From: Bacteroidia bacterium
GTDB taxonomy: Bacteria; Bacteroidota; Bacteroidia; NS11-12g; UBA955
DNA length: 55,637 nucleotides
Direction of reading: 5' to 3'
Assembly (NCBI GenBank): GCA_023268875.1
Contig: JALRKL010000009.1
Coordinates: 1-55,637 of the forward strand
Shown here: in pieces, positions 48,497-55,637 of the stretch
How the letters are laid out: the number at the start of each line of letters is the position of its first letter
Position numbering within the stretch: position 1 is the first letter of the stretch
Position numbers and translations under genes: made by a program
The notes under the pieces: model-generated
What the model was told of the DNA's origin: nothing
Database searches by the model: none
The model's input: only the letters and a program-made list of their open reading frames with translations

Positions 48497-49771
48497 ATGT
48501 CAACTCAATTAAACGGCGGATCTCCTAGATATAATCCGCTAGAAAGCATGAATCGTCGCTTTGATGCGGCTGTAGAGGTTTTGGGATTGGACAAGCAATT
48601 TGCGAATGTTTTGCGTGTGCCAGATAAGGTGGTGATGGCTAACATTCCGGTAACCATGGATGATGGAACAATTCAAGTATTTGAAGGGTATCGTGTAGTT
48701 CATAGCGACCACTTGGGTCCATCTAAAGGAGGTATCCGTTATAGTATGGATGTGAATTTAGACGAGGTGAAAGCTTTAGCGGCATGGATGACATGGAAAT
48801 GTGCTATTGTAAATATTCCTTATGGCGGTGCGAAAGGTGGTATTAAATGCAATCCTCGTGCGATGAGTAAGGGTGAGTTAGAGCGTTTAACACGTGCGTA
48901 TACCGTGTCTATGAAAGAGGTATTCGGTCCTGAATCAGATATTCCAGCCCCTGACATGGGAACAGGTCCTCAGGAAATGGCTTGGATTGTTGACGAATAT
49001 AGTAAAATCAAGGGGCAGAACTCTTGGGCTGTTGTTACCGGAAAACCTATCGTATTAGGAGGGTCTTTAGGCCGAGTAGAAGCTACAGGCCGCGGTGTAA
49101 TGGTGAGCACGAGAAGTGCACTTGCGAAAATGGGAATTAAGCCCACCGAAGCCACTTGTGTAGTTCAGGGATTTGGAAATGTTGGTAGCAAAGCCGCGAA
49201 ATTGATAGAACAAATGGGGGTTAAAATTATTGCCATTAGCGATATCTCTGGGGGCTACTACAGCGATGAAGGTATTGATGTTAATGCGGCAATTGAATAT
49301 GTTGCCAACAGCGACACCCATACTCTAGAAGGTTTTAAAGGAGTGGAGAAGGTGAGTAATACCGAACTTCTTGAGTTGGAGTGTACCGTTTTAGTTCCGG
49401 CTGCTATGGAAGATCAAATTACACCGGAAAACGCGCATAAAATAAGGGCTAAATTAATAGTGGAAGGGGCTAACGGTCCTACCACTGCAGAAGCCGACTC
49501 TATATTAGATGAAAAAGGTATATTGGTTGTTCCCGACATTTTGGCCAACGCTGGAGGCGTAACAGTTTCTTATTTTGAATGGGTTCAAAATCGTTTGGGT
49601 TATTATTGGACTGAGGAGCGGGTAAATCGCCGAGCCGATCGCGCCATGAAGTTGGCCTTCGATAATATCTACGCGGCTTCAGAAAAGTACAATATCAATA
49701 TGCGTCTTGCCGCCTACGTTGTAGCACTTGACAAGGTTTCAACTACACTTAAACTTAGAGGTTCTTTTTAA
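48497..49771 (+). CDS. gdhA: Glutamate dehydrogenase (Glu/Leu/Phe/Val dehydrogenase family)
   Basis: 424 aa with GPSKGGIRY, the catalytic Lys region PYGGAKGGI and the Rossmann motif VQGFGNVG. Confidence 0.92.
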   Translation: MSTQLNGGSPRYNPLESMNRRFDAAVEVLGLDKQFANVLRVPDKVVMANIPVTMDDGTIQVFEGYRVVHSDHLGPSKGGIRYSMDVNLDEVKALAAWMTWKCAIVNIPYGGAKGGIKCNPRAMSKGELERLTRAYTVSMKEVFGPESDIPAPDMGTGPQEMAWIVDEYSKIKGQNSWAVVTGKPIVLGGSLGRVEATGRGVMVSTRSALAKMGIKPTEATCVVQGFGNVGSKAAKLIEQMGVKIIAISDISGGYYSDEGIDVNAAIEYVANSDTHTLEGFKGVEKVSNTELLELECTVLVPAAMEDQITPENAHKIRAKLIVEGANGPTTAEADSILDEKGILVVPDILANAGGVTVSYFEWVQNRLGYYWTEERVNRRADRAMKLAFDNIYAASEKYNINMRLAAYVVALDKVSTTLKLRGSF

Positions 49772-49786
49772 TTAATCAAAACGTAA

Positions 49787-50440
49787 ATGACATTACATCG
49801 CGAAGGATTTACTATAATTTTTGTCACACTTCTAATGTTAGTCGGCCTGAATGGTCTTTTAGAATACATAGCACCAGGAACATGGTATACAACTACCGTT
49901 GAGGTGCTTTCATTGATATTCTTTATTTTAATTGTTCAGTTTTTCCGTAATCCAACCCGCCATACCCCTCAAGATGATAATGCCATTATTGCTCCTGCAG
50001 ATGGAAAAGTTGTGGTTATTGAAGAGGTTGAGGAAACAGAATATATCAAAGGGAAATGCCGCCAGATTAGTATATTCATGTCGCCGGTGAATGTGCATGT
50101 AAATCGTTATCCGGTTTCGGGAGAAGTTCTATACGAAAAATACCACCCAGGTAAATATTTGGTTGCATGGCACCCGAAGAGTTCTACAGAAAACGAACGT
50201 ACTACAGTTGTAGTTGCCCATTCTAAGGGTACCGTATTGTTCCGTCAGATAGCGGGGGCATTAGCCAAGCGTATCGTTTGTTATGCTAAAGTCGGTCACA
50301 AAGCCACAGCTGGTTCAGAATTCGGGTTTATCAAATTTGGATCGCGAATTGATATTTATCTTCCTTTAGAGGCAAGAGTAAAAGTGAATCTAAATCAAAA
50401 AACCACCGGTGGTGAAACGGTAATTGCGGAATGGGTTTAG
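49787..50440 (+). CDS. psd: Phosphatidylserine decarboxylase proenzyme (short type)
   Basis: 217 aa with two N-terminal TMs and the FGSR self-cleavage region (GFIKFGSRIDIYLP). Confidence 0.9.
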   Translation: MTLHREGFTIIFVTLLMLVGLNGLLEYIAPGTWYTTTVEVLSLIFFILIVQFFRNPTRHTPQDDNAIIAPADGKVVVIEEVEETEYIKGKCRQISIFMSPVNVHVNRYPVSGEVLYEKYHPGKYLVAWHPKSSTENERTTVVVAHSKGTVLFRQIAGALAKRIVCYAKVGHKATAGSEFGFIKFGSRIDIYLPLEARVKVNLNQKTTGGETVIAEWV

Positions 50441-50462
50441 TGTGACTTATTAAAAAAATCAA

Positions 50463-50470
50463 TATATTTG
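50463..50470 (+). promoter_or_regulatory. -7 promoter box (TATATTTG)
   Basis: Matches TAnnTTTG, 5 nt before ATG 50476. Confidence 0.6.
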
Positions 50471-50475
50471 TTATT

Positions 50476-50901
50476 ATGAAAAAGGTAATCATGTTTGCTG
50501 TTGTGGCTTTCGCTTTCGCGAGTGCCGCGTTCTCTCAGACTGAGACACAAGCAGCGAAAAGCGAAAACGTTGCAGTTTCTCAAGAAGAAATGGCTCCGGC
50601 AGTAGCTAAAAAGGAATGTTCTAAGTCAGAAGACGGTAAAAAAGCATGTTGCAAAAAAGAGGCTAATTCAACTAAAGCTTCTTGCGATAAAACCGCTAAA
50701 AAAGAATGTAAAGACGGAGAGAAGAAAGCGTGTTGTAAAAAAGGCACTGCCGCTTCTGAGAAAAAAGAATGCAAGTCTAGTGCTGCTGGTGAAAAGAAAG
50801 CATGTTGCAAGAAAGAAACTGCCGAGGCATCTGTAGAGAAAAAGCAATGTTCTGGAGAGAAGAAAGCTTGCTGTAAAAAATCTGCCGAGGTAAAATCATA
50901 A
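50476..50901 (+). CDS. Secreted Lys/Cys-rich tandem-repeat protein of unknown function
   Basis: 141 aa with the signal peptide MKKVIMFAVVAFAFASAAFS. Four units of KK[EQ]C-x(2-6)-G[EK]KKACCKK follow, with 13 Cys in total. It has its own -7 box and terminator. Confidence 0.6.
   Translation: MKKVIMFAVVAFAFASAAFSQTETQAAKSENVAVSQEEMAPAVAKKECSKSEDGKKACCKKEANSTKASCDKTAKKECKDGEKKACCKKGTAASEKKECKSSAAGEKKACCKKETAEASVEKKQCSGEKKACCKKSAEVKS
50608..50898 (+). repeat. Four degenerate in-frame tandem repeats encoding KK[EQ]C...KKACCKK units
   Basis: AAAAAAGAATG[TC] ... AAGAAAGC[ATG]TG[TC]TG[TC]AA[AG]AAA recurs four times at irregular spacing (unit starts 90, 63 and 78 nt apart). Confidence 0.7.
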
Positions 50902-50925
50902 ATCATTAGATTAAACTCTTTATAA

Positions 50926-50957
50926 AAAGCCAACTCAAGACTGAGTTGGCTTTATTG
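50926..50957 (+). terminator. Rho-independent terminator
   Basis: Stem GCCAACTCA / TGAGTTGGC with loop AGAC, followed by TTTATTG. Confidence 0.75.
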
Positions 50958-51142
50958 ATTTAAAGGGGATAGGGGTTTTAAGATAGTATTCCAATAGATA
51001 ATGACATCCTATTCAAAGGGAACGCTACTGTTGTCTTTTCATTATGTTTGAATTTATCGAGTAATAAATTAATTACAACGCGAATCCGTCAACATACAGA
51101 TAAATTAAGGGTTAGGCATACGCATTTAACAGTTGAGAATTC

Positions 51143-51150
51143 TATCTTTG
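51143..51150 (+). promoter_or_regulatory. -7 promoter box (TATCTTTG)
   Basis: Matches TAnnTTTG, 4 nt before GTG 51155. Confidence 0.6.
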
Positions 51151-51154
51151 TAAG

Positions 51155-52051
51155 GTGTCTAAGGATAAAGGTTTTCGTCGCATTGTATTATCGTTAATGA
51201 CCCTGGTGACCATTTCGGTTATCACAGTAGGCGCTTATTTGTATTTTAACTTTAAATCACGGAGTAGTCTGCCTGTCATTGTCCCTCAGGATGTTCGAGC
51301 GTTTATGCATTTTCAAACACGGAAAATGAGAGACGAATCGGGAATTCAACAACCTAAATTTATGGATTCTTTGGCTGTCTTGGTTGCGCGTTCTCCTTTA
51401 TTTGCCCAAATGAAGGACCCTGCTGAAGCTGGAATTTCTTTGTATAGCGATATTGTTTATTTCAAAAATAACAAGCACAGCCATTGTTTAGCATTGAGTT
51501 TGAACAGCGAACAGCGGTTTTCGATGTTATTAGACTCTCTTAAAAACAAAGGTATTGTCGGAGGGCAAATTCGAAAAGCCGGGTATAACTACGCGAAATT
51601 TGCTGATTTGCCTTTATATGTGGCCTACAAGTATAAAGCTATGGTTTTATTGCGACCAACCATAGAGTCGCGAGAGTTGAGTTTGGGATTAGATGAGTTG
51701 GAGGCACAATTTGGACAAATATTTTCAGGAAATAAAACCGGGTTTATACAAAAAAAGACAATCCAATCTTTGTACGATGCAGATTGTCAGTGGTTGGCTT
51801 GGAATGGAGATGCCGATCCGGTTGGTTATTGCTTCAAAGATTCAGGGGTAAAGGGATTTACCGGGGGTGAAAAGGATGCCCGCGAGGATGCTCGAATGTC
51901 CACCGTTGTACTTATGGAGATGAGGCCAGAAAAAGGGGAAACTTCCCCCGAGATAATTAAGGAGGTGAATACGAAAAATGGAATAGGGATGTTAGAGGTG
52001 TTTTTCAAGGATGTTTTTTATTATTTAAAAATGGGTAATTATGGATATTAA
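51155..52051 (+). CDS. Hypothetical membrane-anchored protein
   Basis: 298 aa with a GTG start and one N-terminal TM (IVLSLMTLVTISVITVGAYLYF). No family recognised. It overlaps the next gene by 11 nt. Confidence 0.5.
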   Translation: MSKDKGFRRIVLSLMTLVTISVITVGAYLYFNFKSRSSLPVIVPQDVRAFMHFQTRKMRDESGIQQPKFMDSLAVLVARSPLFAQMKDPAEAGISLYSDIVYFKNNKHSHCLALSLNSEQRFSMLLDSLKNKGIVGGQIRKAGYNYAKFADLPLYVAYKYKAMVLLRPTIESRELSLGLDELEAQFGQIFSGNKTGFIQKKTIQSLYDADCQWLAWNGDADPVGYCFKDSGVKGFTGGEKDAREDARMSTVVLMEMRPEKGETSPEIIKEVNTKNGIGMLEVFFKDVFYYLKMGNYGY

Positions 52052-53036
52052 ATCAATTTTAAACGAGCGCATATTGATTATTGATGGGGCTATGGGCACC
52101 ATGATTCAACAACACAAATTGTCGGAGGAGGATTATCGCGGCGTTGAATTTAAAGATTATCCGCATTCTTTGAAGGGAAATAACGATTTGTTGGTACTCA
52201 CACAACCTCACATTATTCGCGATATCCATTTGGCGTTCATGCGGGCAGGTGCTGATATAATTGAGACCAATACGTTTAATGCAAATTCGATTTCTATGTT
52301 GGATTATCATATGAGCGATCGTGTAGTGGAATTGAATATTGCAGCGGTTCGTGTGGCTAATGAAGCGCGTGAATTGTTTAGAAGCGAATCAGACAGACAA
52401 ATTTTTATTGCGGGCGCTTTGGGTCCAACCAATAAAACCGCTAGTTTGAGTCCGGATGTGAATAATCCCGGTTATCGCGGTGTTAGTTTTGATGAATTGG
52501 TAGCTTGCTATACCGAACAAACACGTGCTTTGGTAGAGGCGGGTGCCGATTTGATCTTAGTAGAAACGGTATTTGATACCTTAAATTGCAAGGCGGCATT
52601 ATTTGCAATTAATACGTTAAAAGAGGAGGAGAATTGGGAAATTCCCGTGATGGTAAGCGGTACCATTACCGACGCTTCCGGGCGTACATTAAGCGGTCAA
52701 ACTACTGAGGCGTTTTACAATAGTATTTCTCACGGGGAGCTGCTAAGTGTAGGTTTGAATTGTGCATTAGGAGCCGATCAGATGCGACAATATGTCGAAG
52801 AAATGTCAAGAGTTTCGGAAGTTTATGTGAGTTGTTATCCAAATGCAGGTTTACCGAATGAATTTGGGGAATACGACGATAGTCCCGAACACATGTCTAA
52901 GGTGATTGCCGACTGGGCGCAAAAGGGTTGGGTGAATATTGTTGGAGGGTGCTGTGGAACAACGCCTGAACACATTAATTACATCGCGAAAGAATGCAAA
53001 AAATACGCCCCGAGACCTTTGCCTAAAAGGGCGTAA
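52041..53036 (+). CDS. Homocysteine S-methyltransferase domain protein (stand-alone MetH N-terminal Hcy-binding module)
   Basis: 331 aa with IIDGAMGTMIQ, IIETNTFNAN and the zinc ligands in GLNCALG and GGCCGTTPEHI. The protein ends where the MetH pterin-binding module would begin. Confidence 0.88.
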   Translation: MDIKSILNERILIIDGAMGTMIQQHKLSEEDYRGVEFKDYPHSLKGNNDLLVLTQPHIIRDIHLAFMRAGADIIETNTFNANSISMLDYHMSDRVVELNIAAVRVANEARELFRSESDRQIFIAGALGPTNKTASLSPDVNNPGYRGVSFDELVACYTEQTRALVEAGADLILVETVFDTLNCKAALFAINTLKEEENWEIPVMVSGTITDASGRTLSGQTTEAFYNSISHGELLSVGLNCALGADQMRQYVEEMSRVSEVYVSCYPNAGLPNEFGEYDDSPEHMSKVIADWAQKGWVNIVGGCCGTTPEHINYIAKECKKYAPRPLPKRA

Positions 53037-53085
53037 GTGTCACTGTAACACATTGAAAATGCCTTTTTTTAATTACAAAAAGGGT

Positions 53086-53093
53086 TATCTTTG
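53086..53093 (+). promoter_or_regulatory. -7 promoter box (TATCTTTG) for ldh
   Basis: Matches TAnnTTTG, 12 nt upstream of ATG 53106. The track's TTG start at 53091 lies inside the box. Confidence 0.55.
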
Positions 53094-53105
53094 CACTTTA
53101 ATTCA

Positions 53106-54209
53106 ATGGGAGATATTCAATTTGAAACAACCCCTGCAACTCAGTTCGATTTGTTTGCAGGCCTTGAGTCTACCGACCACGAACAGATTGTATTTTGTCA
53201 AGACAATGCCACCGGCTTAAAAGCCATCATTGCTATACACAATACAGTTTTAGGACCTGGTTTAGGTGGTACGAGAATGTGGGTGTACCAACACGAAAAA
53301 GACGCCATTCGCGATGCATTGCGATTATCTCGCGGCATGACCTACAAAGCCGCCGTAGCGGGTTTGAATTTGGGAGGTGCTAAGGCCGTAATCATCGGCG
53401 ATCCTAGGACACAAAAAAGCGAAGCTTTGATGCGTAAATTTGGTCGTTTCGTAGAGAACTTAAACGGTAAATATATCACTGCCGAGGATGTGGGAACAAC
53501 TACCCGCGACATGGAATATGTTCAGATGGAAACCGAACATGTGGTTGGTTTGCCGGAAATTATGGGAGGTGGCGGAGATCCATCACCTGTGACAGCATAC
53601 GGAACATTCATGGGTATAAAAGCCTCCGCTAAACAAGCGTATGGCAACGACAGCCTAAGTGGTAAAAGTGCAGCCGTTATGGGTATTGGTAAAGTAGGTT
53701 GGCATTTATTAGAGTATTTGCATAAAGACGGTGTTAAACTTTACATATCCGATTTGAATCAAGATGTTTTGAAGAGAGCTTCAGAGGCTTTTGGTGCGAT
53801 ACCGGTGTCATCTGAAGATATGATTTCATTAGACGTTGATATTTTTGCTCCATGTGCTATGGGGGGAATCCTCAACGATCAAACAATTCCAAATCTAAAG
53901 TGCCAAATAGTAGCAGGTGCTGCCAATAATCAATTGGAAGATGAAACCATTCACGGCGATCAGCTTAAGAAAATGGGAATTATTTATGCACCTGATTTTG
54001 TGATTAATTCGGGTGGTTTGATTAACGTATACAGCGAATACAATGGTTATGTTCGTGAAATAGCGATGAGTCAAACCGAAAAAATATACGATACTATTTT
54101 GGATGTAAATCGTATGGCTCAAGAACTTGGTTTGAACAATCAAATTGCGGCTATTAAGCATGCCGAAAAGCGCATCAATGATATGCGTTTGGTTCACAGT
54201 ACGTATTAA
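53106..54209 (+). CDS. ldh: Leucine dehydrogenase (Leu/Phe/Val dehydrogenase subgroup)
   Basis: GPGLGGTRMW, the catalytic Lys region LNLGGAKAVI, the Rossmann motif MGIGKVGW and GAANNQL. Confidence 0.88.
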   Translation: MGDIQFETTPATQFDLFAGLESTDHEQIVFCQDNATGLKAIIAIHNTVLGPGLGGTRMWVYQHEKDAIRDALRLSRGMTYKAAVAGLNLGGAKAVIIGDPRTQKSEALMRKFGRFVENLNGKYITAEDVGTTTRDMEYVQMETEHVVGLPEIMGGGGDPSPVTAYGTFMGIKASAKQAYGNDSLSGKSAAVMGIGKVGWHLLEYLHKDGVKLYISDLNQDVLKRASEAFGAIPVSSEDMISLDVDIFAPCAMGGILNDQTIPNLKCQIVAGAANNQLEDETIHGDQLKKMGIIYAPDFVINSGGLINVYSEYNGYVREIAMSQTEKIYDTILDVNRMAQELGLNNQIAAIKHAEKRINDMRLVHSTY

Positions 54210-54233
54210 TCATTTTTTAATTAAAGAATATTG

Positions 54234-54267
54234 GAAAAGTCCCTTCATTGGGACTTTTCTCGTATTT
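54234..54267 (+). terminator. Rho-independent terminator after ldh
   Basis: 10-bp stem GAAAAGTCCC / GGGACTTTTC with loop TTCATT, followed by TCGTATTTT. Confidence 0.75.
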
Positions 54268-54274
54268 TCGCCAC

Positions 54275-55637
54275 ATGCTCTCCCGATTCTTCCAGGCTTA
54301 CAAAAATAGTAGTGCGGCATTATTAGCATTAATTTGGCTCTTTATTCTGTATGTGTTGGTGGCCCTCTTTGCGGAAGGTCCTGCAGGTGGACAAGATTCT
54401 TGGAACCATTATCTGTTCGCACGCTGGAGTTTTAAACATCCTATTCTTATGCTGGATCTTTGGGGAAAGCCATTTTTCACAATCTTGGCAGCGCCTTTTG
54501 CCCAAATGGGTATATATGCAATTTATCTGCTCAATATGTTCGCTACATTAGGCACGGCATGGATTACCTATTTGAGTGGTCGCAAATTGGGAATGCGTAA
54601 CCCGTGGATGTTGGTATTATTATTCGGGCTTCAGCCCATAATTCTGGCCAATTTCTATTCGGCTTTAACAGAGCCCACAAATGCACTGGTGCTTTCTTAT
54701 GTGATTTATTTATTAATCTCATATAGATATGCCGCCGCGCTTATAATAGCATCTTTCTTGCCGATAATTCGTACCGAAGGCTTAGTATTAGTAGTGGCTT
54801 TAATACCATTTATAGCAATGAAACAGAAATGGAAATACCTTCCGTATTTGTTTTCAGGAACGCTTATTTTTGCTATTCTAGCCGCATTAATTTCTGGTGA
54901 GTGGGATTATTTCATATCCCATAATCCGTATTTCAAATTTGAATCCGAAGGAAAATTCGATCCTGGTTCGGGGTCCTTCTGGCATTATATTCAGGCTCAA
55001 AAGTCGATAACTGGATTTTGGATAACGCTTTTAATGTCTCTATCGGTATTCTTCATCTCTGATTATGTGATTTCGCGCATAAAAAAGCGCACACCTCATG
55101 AAATGAGTCAGTTCGTACTTTGGTTGTTTTTGCCCTTGTTTGGCGGTTATTTCGTCGCACATAGTTTTATTTGGTATGCGGGCATGATGGGTTCGCACGG
55201 ATTGATTCGTGTTTTTGTGGTGGTTTCACCGGTTGCTGCATTAATGGCCCAATACAGTCTTCACCGCATAATGGTTTTGGATATTCGTGTATTAAATCGA
55301 GGAATAAAGACAATCACTACGGCGGTAGCCTCTTTGATCGCGATTTCTGGTGCAGGAATTTTAAATGGTTTCTCTGGCGAATCGAGTATTCCCGGCTATC
55401 CAGGTCGCGATTTATGGTTCCAAGCAGTAGATTCTATCGAAAAATTGGGCAATCAAAATTATGTTTTGGTGCACCAATTGCCCGAGCTCAACGTGCATTT
55501 AGATTTAGATCCTTTTGAAGATCCTTCGAAAATTCAAGAAGGTAAAACCCAATATTTGTGGAGTTTGGACACCCGCAAGGGATACGATTGGTTTCCATCG
55601 AATACCATCATTTTATGGGATAATTTTCACGCTCGGA
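54275..55637 (+). CDS. Polytopic membrane protein, possibly a GT-C-fold (ArnT/PMT-like) glycosyltransferase; 3' end outside the window
   Basis: I translated this frame by hand from ATG 54275 to the window edge (454 codons) and found no stop. It is absent from the ORF track, presumably because it has no stop. It has many TM segments, an N-terminal loop QDSWNHYLFARW and a soluble C-terminal part. The family call is tentative. Confidence 0.55.
   Translation, partial: MLSRFFQAYKNSSAALLALIWLFILYVLVALFAEGPAGGQDSWNHYLFARWSFKHPILMLDLWGKPFFTILAAPFAQMGIYAIYLLNMFATLGTAWITYLSGRKLGMRNPWMLVLLFGLQPIILANFYSALTEPTNALVLSYVIYLLISYRYAAALIIASFLPIIRTEGLVLVVALIPFIAMKQKWKYLPYLFSGTLIFAILAALISGEWDYFISHNPYFKFESEGKFDPGSGSFWHYIQAQKSITGFWITLLMSLSVFFISDYVISRIKKRTPHEMSQFVLWLFLPLFGGYFVAHSFIWYAGMMGSHGLIRVFVVVSPVAALMAQYSLHRIMVLDIRVLNRGIKTITTAVASLIAISGAGILNGFSGESSIPGYPGRDLWFQAVDSIEKLGNQNYVLVHQLPELNVHLDLDPFEDPSKIQEGKTQYLWSLDTRKGYDWFPSNTIILWDNFHAR

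Noticed and set aside
50580-50933. 117-aa minus-strand ORF (FFS/LQHAFFSP repeats) opposite the Lys/Cys-rich gene.
   Set aside because: It is the reverse-complement reading of the AAG/AAA/TGT-rich repeats. It has no signal, promoter or terminator in that orientation, whereas the plus-strand gene has all three.
48497-54209. Two Glu/Leu/Phe/Val-family dehydrogenases (gdh 48497, ldh 53106) within 6 kb, considered as a possible duplication or system.
   Set aside because: The sequences are clearly different subfamilies (GDH versus LeuDH) with separate promoters and unrelated genes between them. This is ordinary metabolism; LeuDH probably feeds branched-chain fatty-acid primers.
54351-55518. ORFs 54351-54551 and 55171-55518 from the track.
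   Set aside because: Both lie in alternative frames of a 454-codon frame (from ATG 54275) that stays open to the window edge and encodes a coherent polytopic membrane protein.

Overview
All calls come from reading the ORF translations and the DNA for motifs; no database search was run. The window reads as a chromosomal, mostly housekeeping segment of a Bacteroidota genome. Lineage evidence is the TAnnTTTG -7 promoter boxes in front of many genes, a T9SS C-terminal sorting domain at the left edge, a short ATP synthase epsilon subunit and an extended S16. I support about 56 protein-coding genes, one tRNA-His(GTG), eight hairpin terminators and about 24 promoter boxes. Many ORF-track starts were moved to internal starts that sit just downstream of a -7 box. 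I found no rRNA, CRISPR array, transposase, integrase, prophage or recognisable defence genes. Core content includes atpDC, yidC, dprA, lepA, dcd, the rpsP-rimM-trmD operon, a uvrD-like helicase, glyQS, pgk, corA and hisS. It also includes hutH, engB, ubiE, tgt, lptF/G, rlmI, nif3 plus a COG1579 gene, panB, dnaK, fsa, PTPS plus folE, gdh, psd and ldh. I see no single obvious new multi-gene system. The candidates most worth a second look are: (1) a secreted Lys/Cys-rich tandem-repeat protein with a periodic C...CC motif; (2) an ECF sigma factor followed by a lycopene-cyclase-domain membrane protein where an anti-sigma normally sits; (3) a TM2 lipoprotein plus DUF2752 pair; (4) a tRNA-His-adjacent GT4 / AsnB-like / flippase cassette; (5) a DEDD exonuclease and RluA synthase translationally coupled to the rpsP-rimM-trmD operon; (6) a stand-alone MetH homocysteine module coupled to an unknown membrane-anchored protein; (7) a window-wide pattern of -7 boxes only 3-5 nt from start codons, implying leaderless mRNAs.
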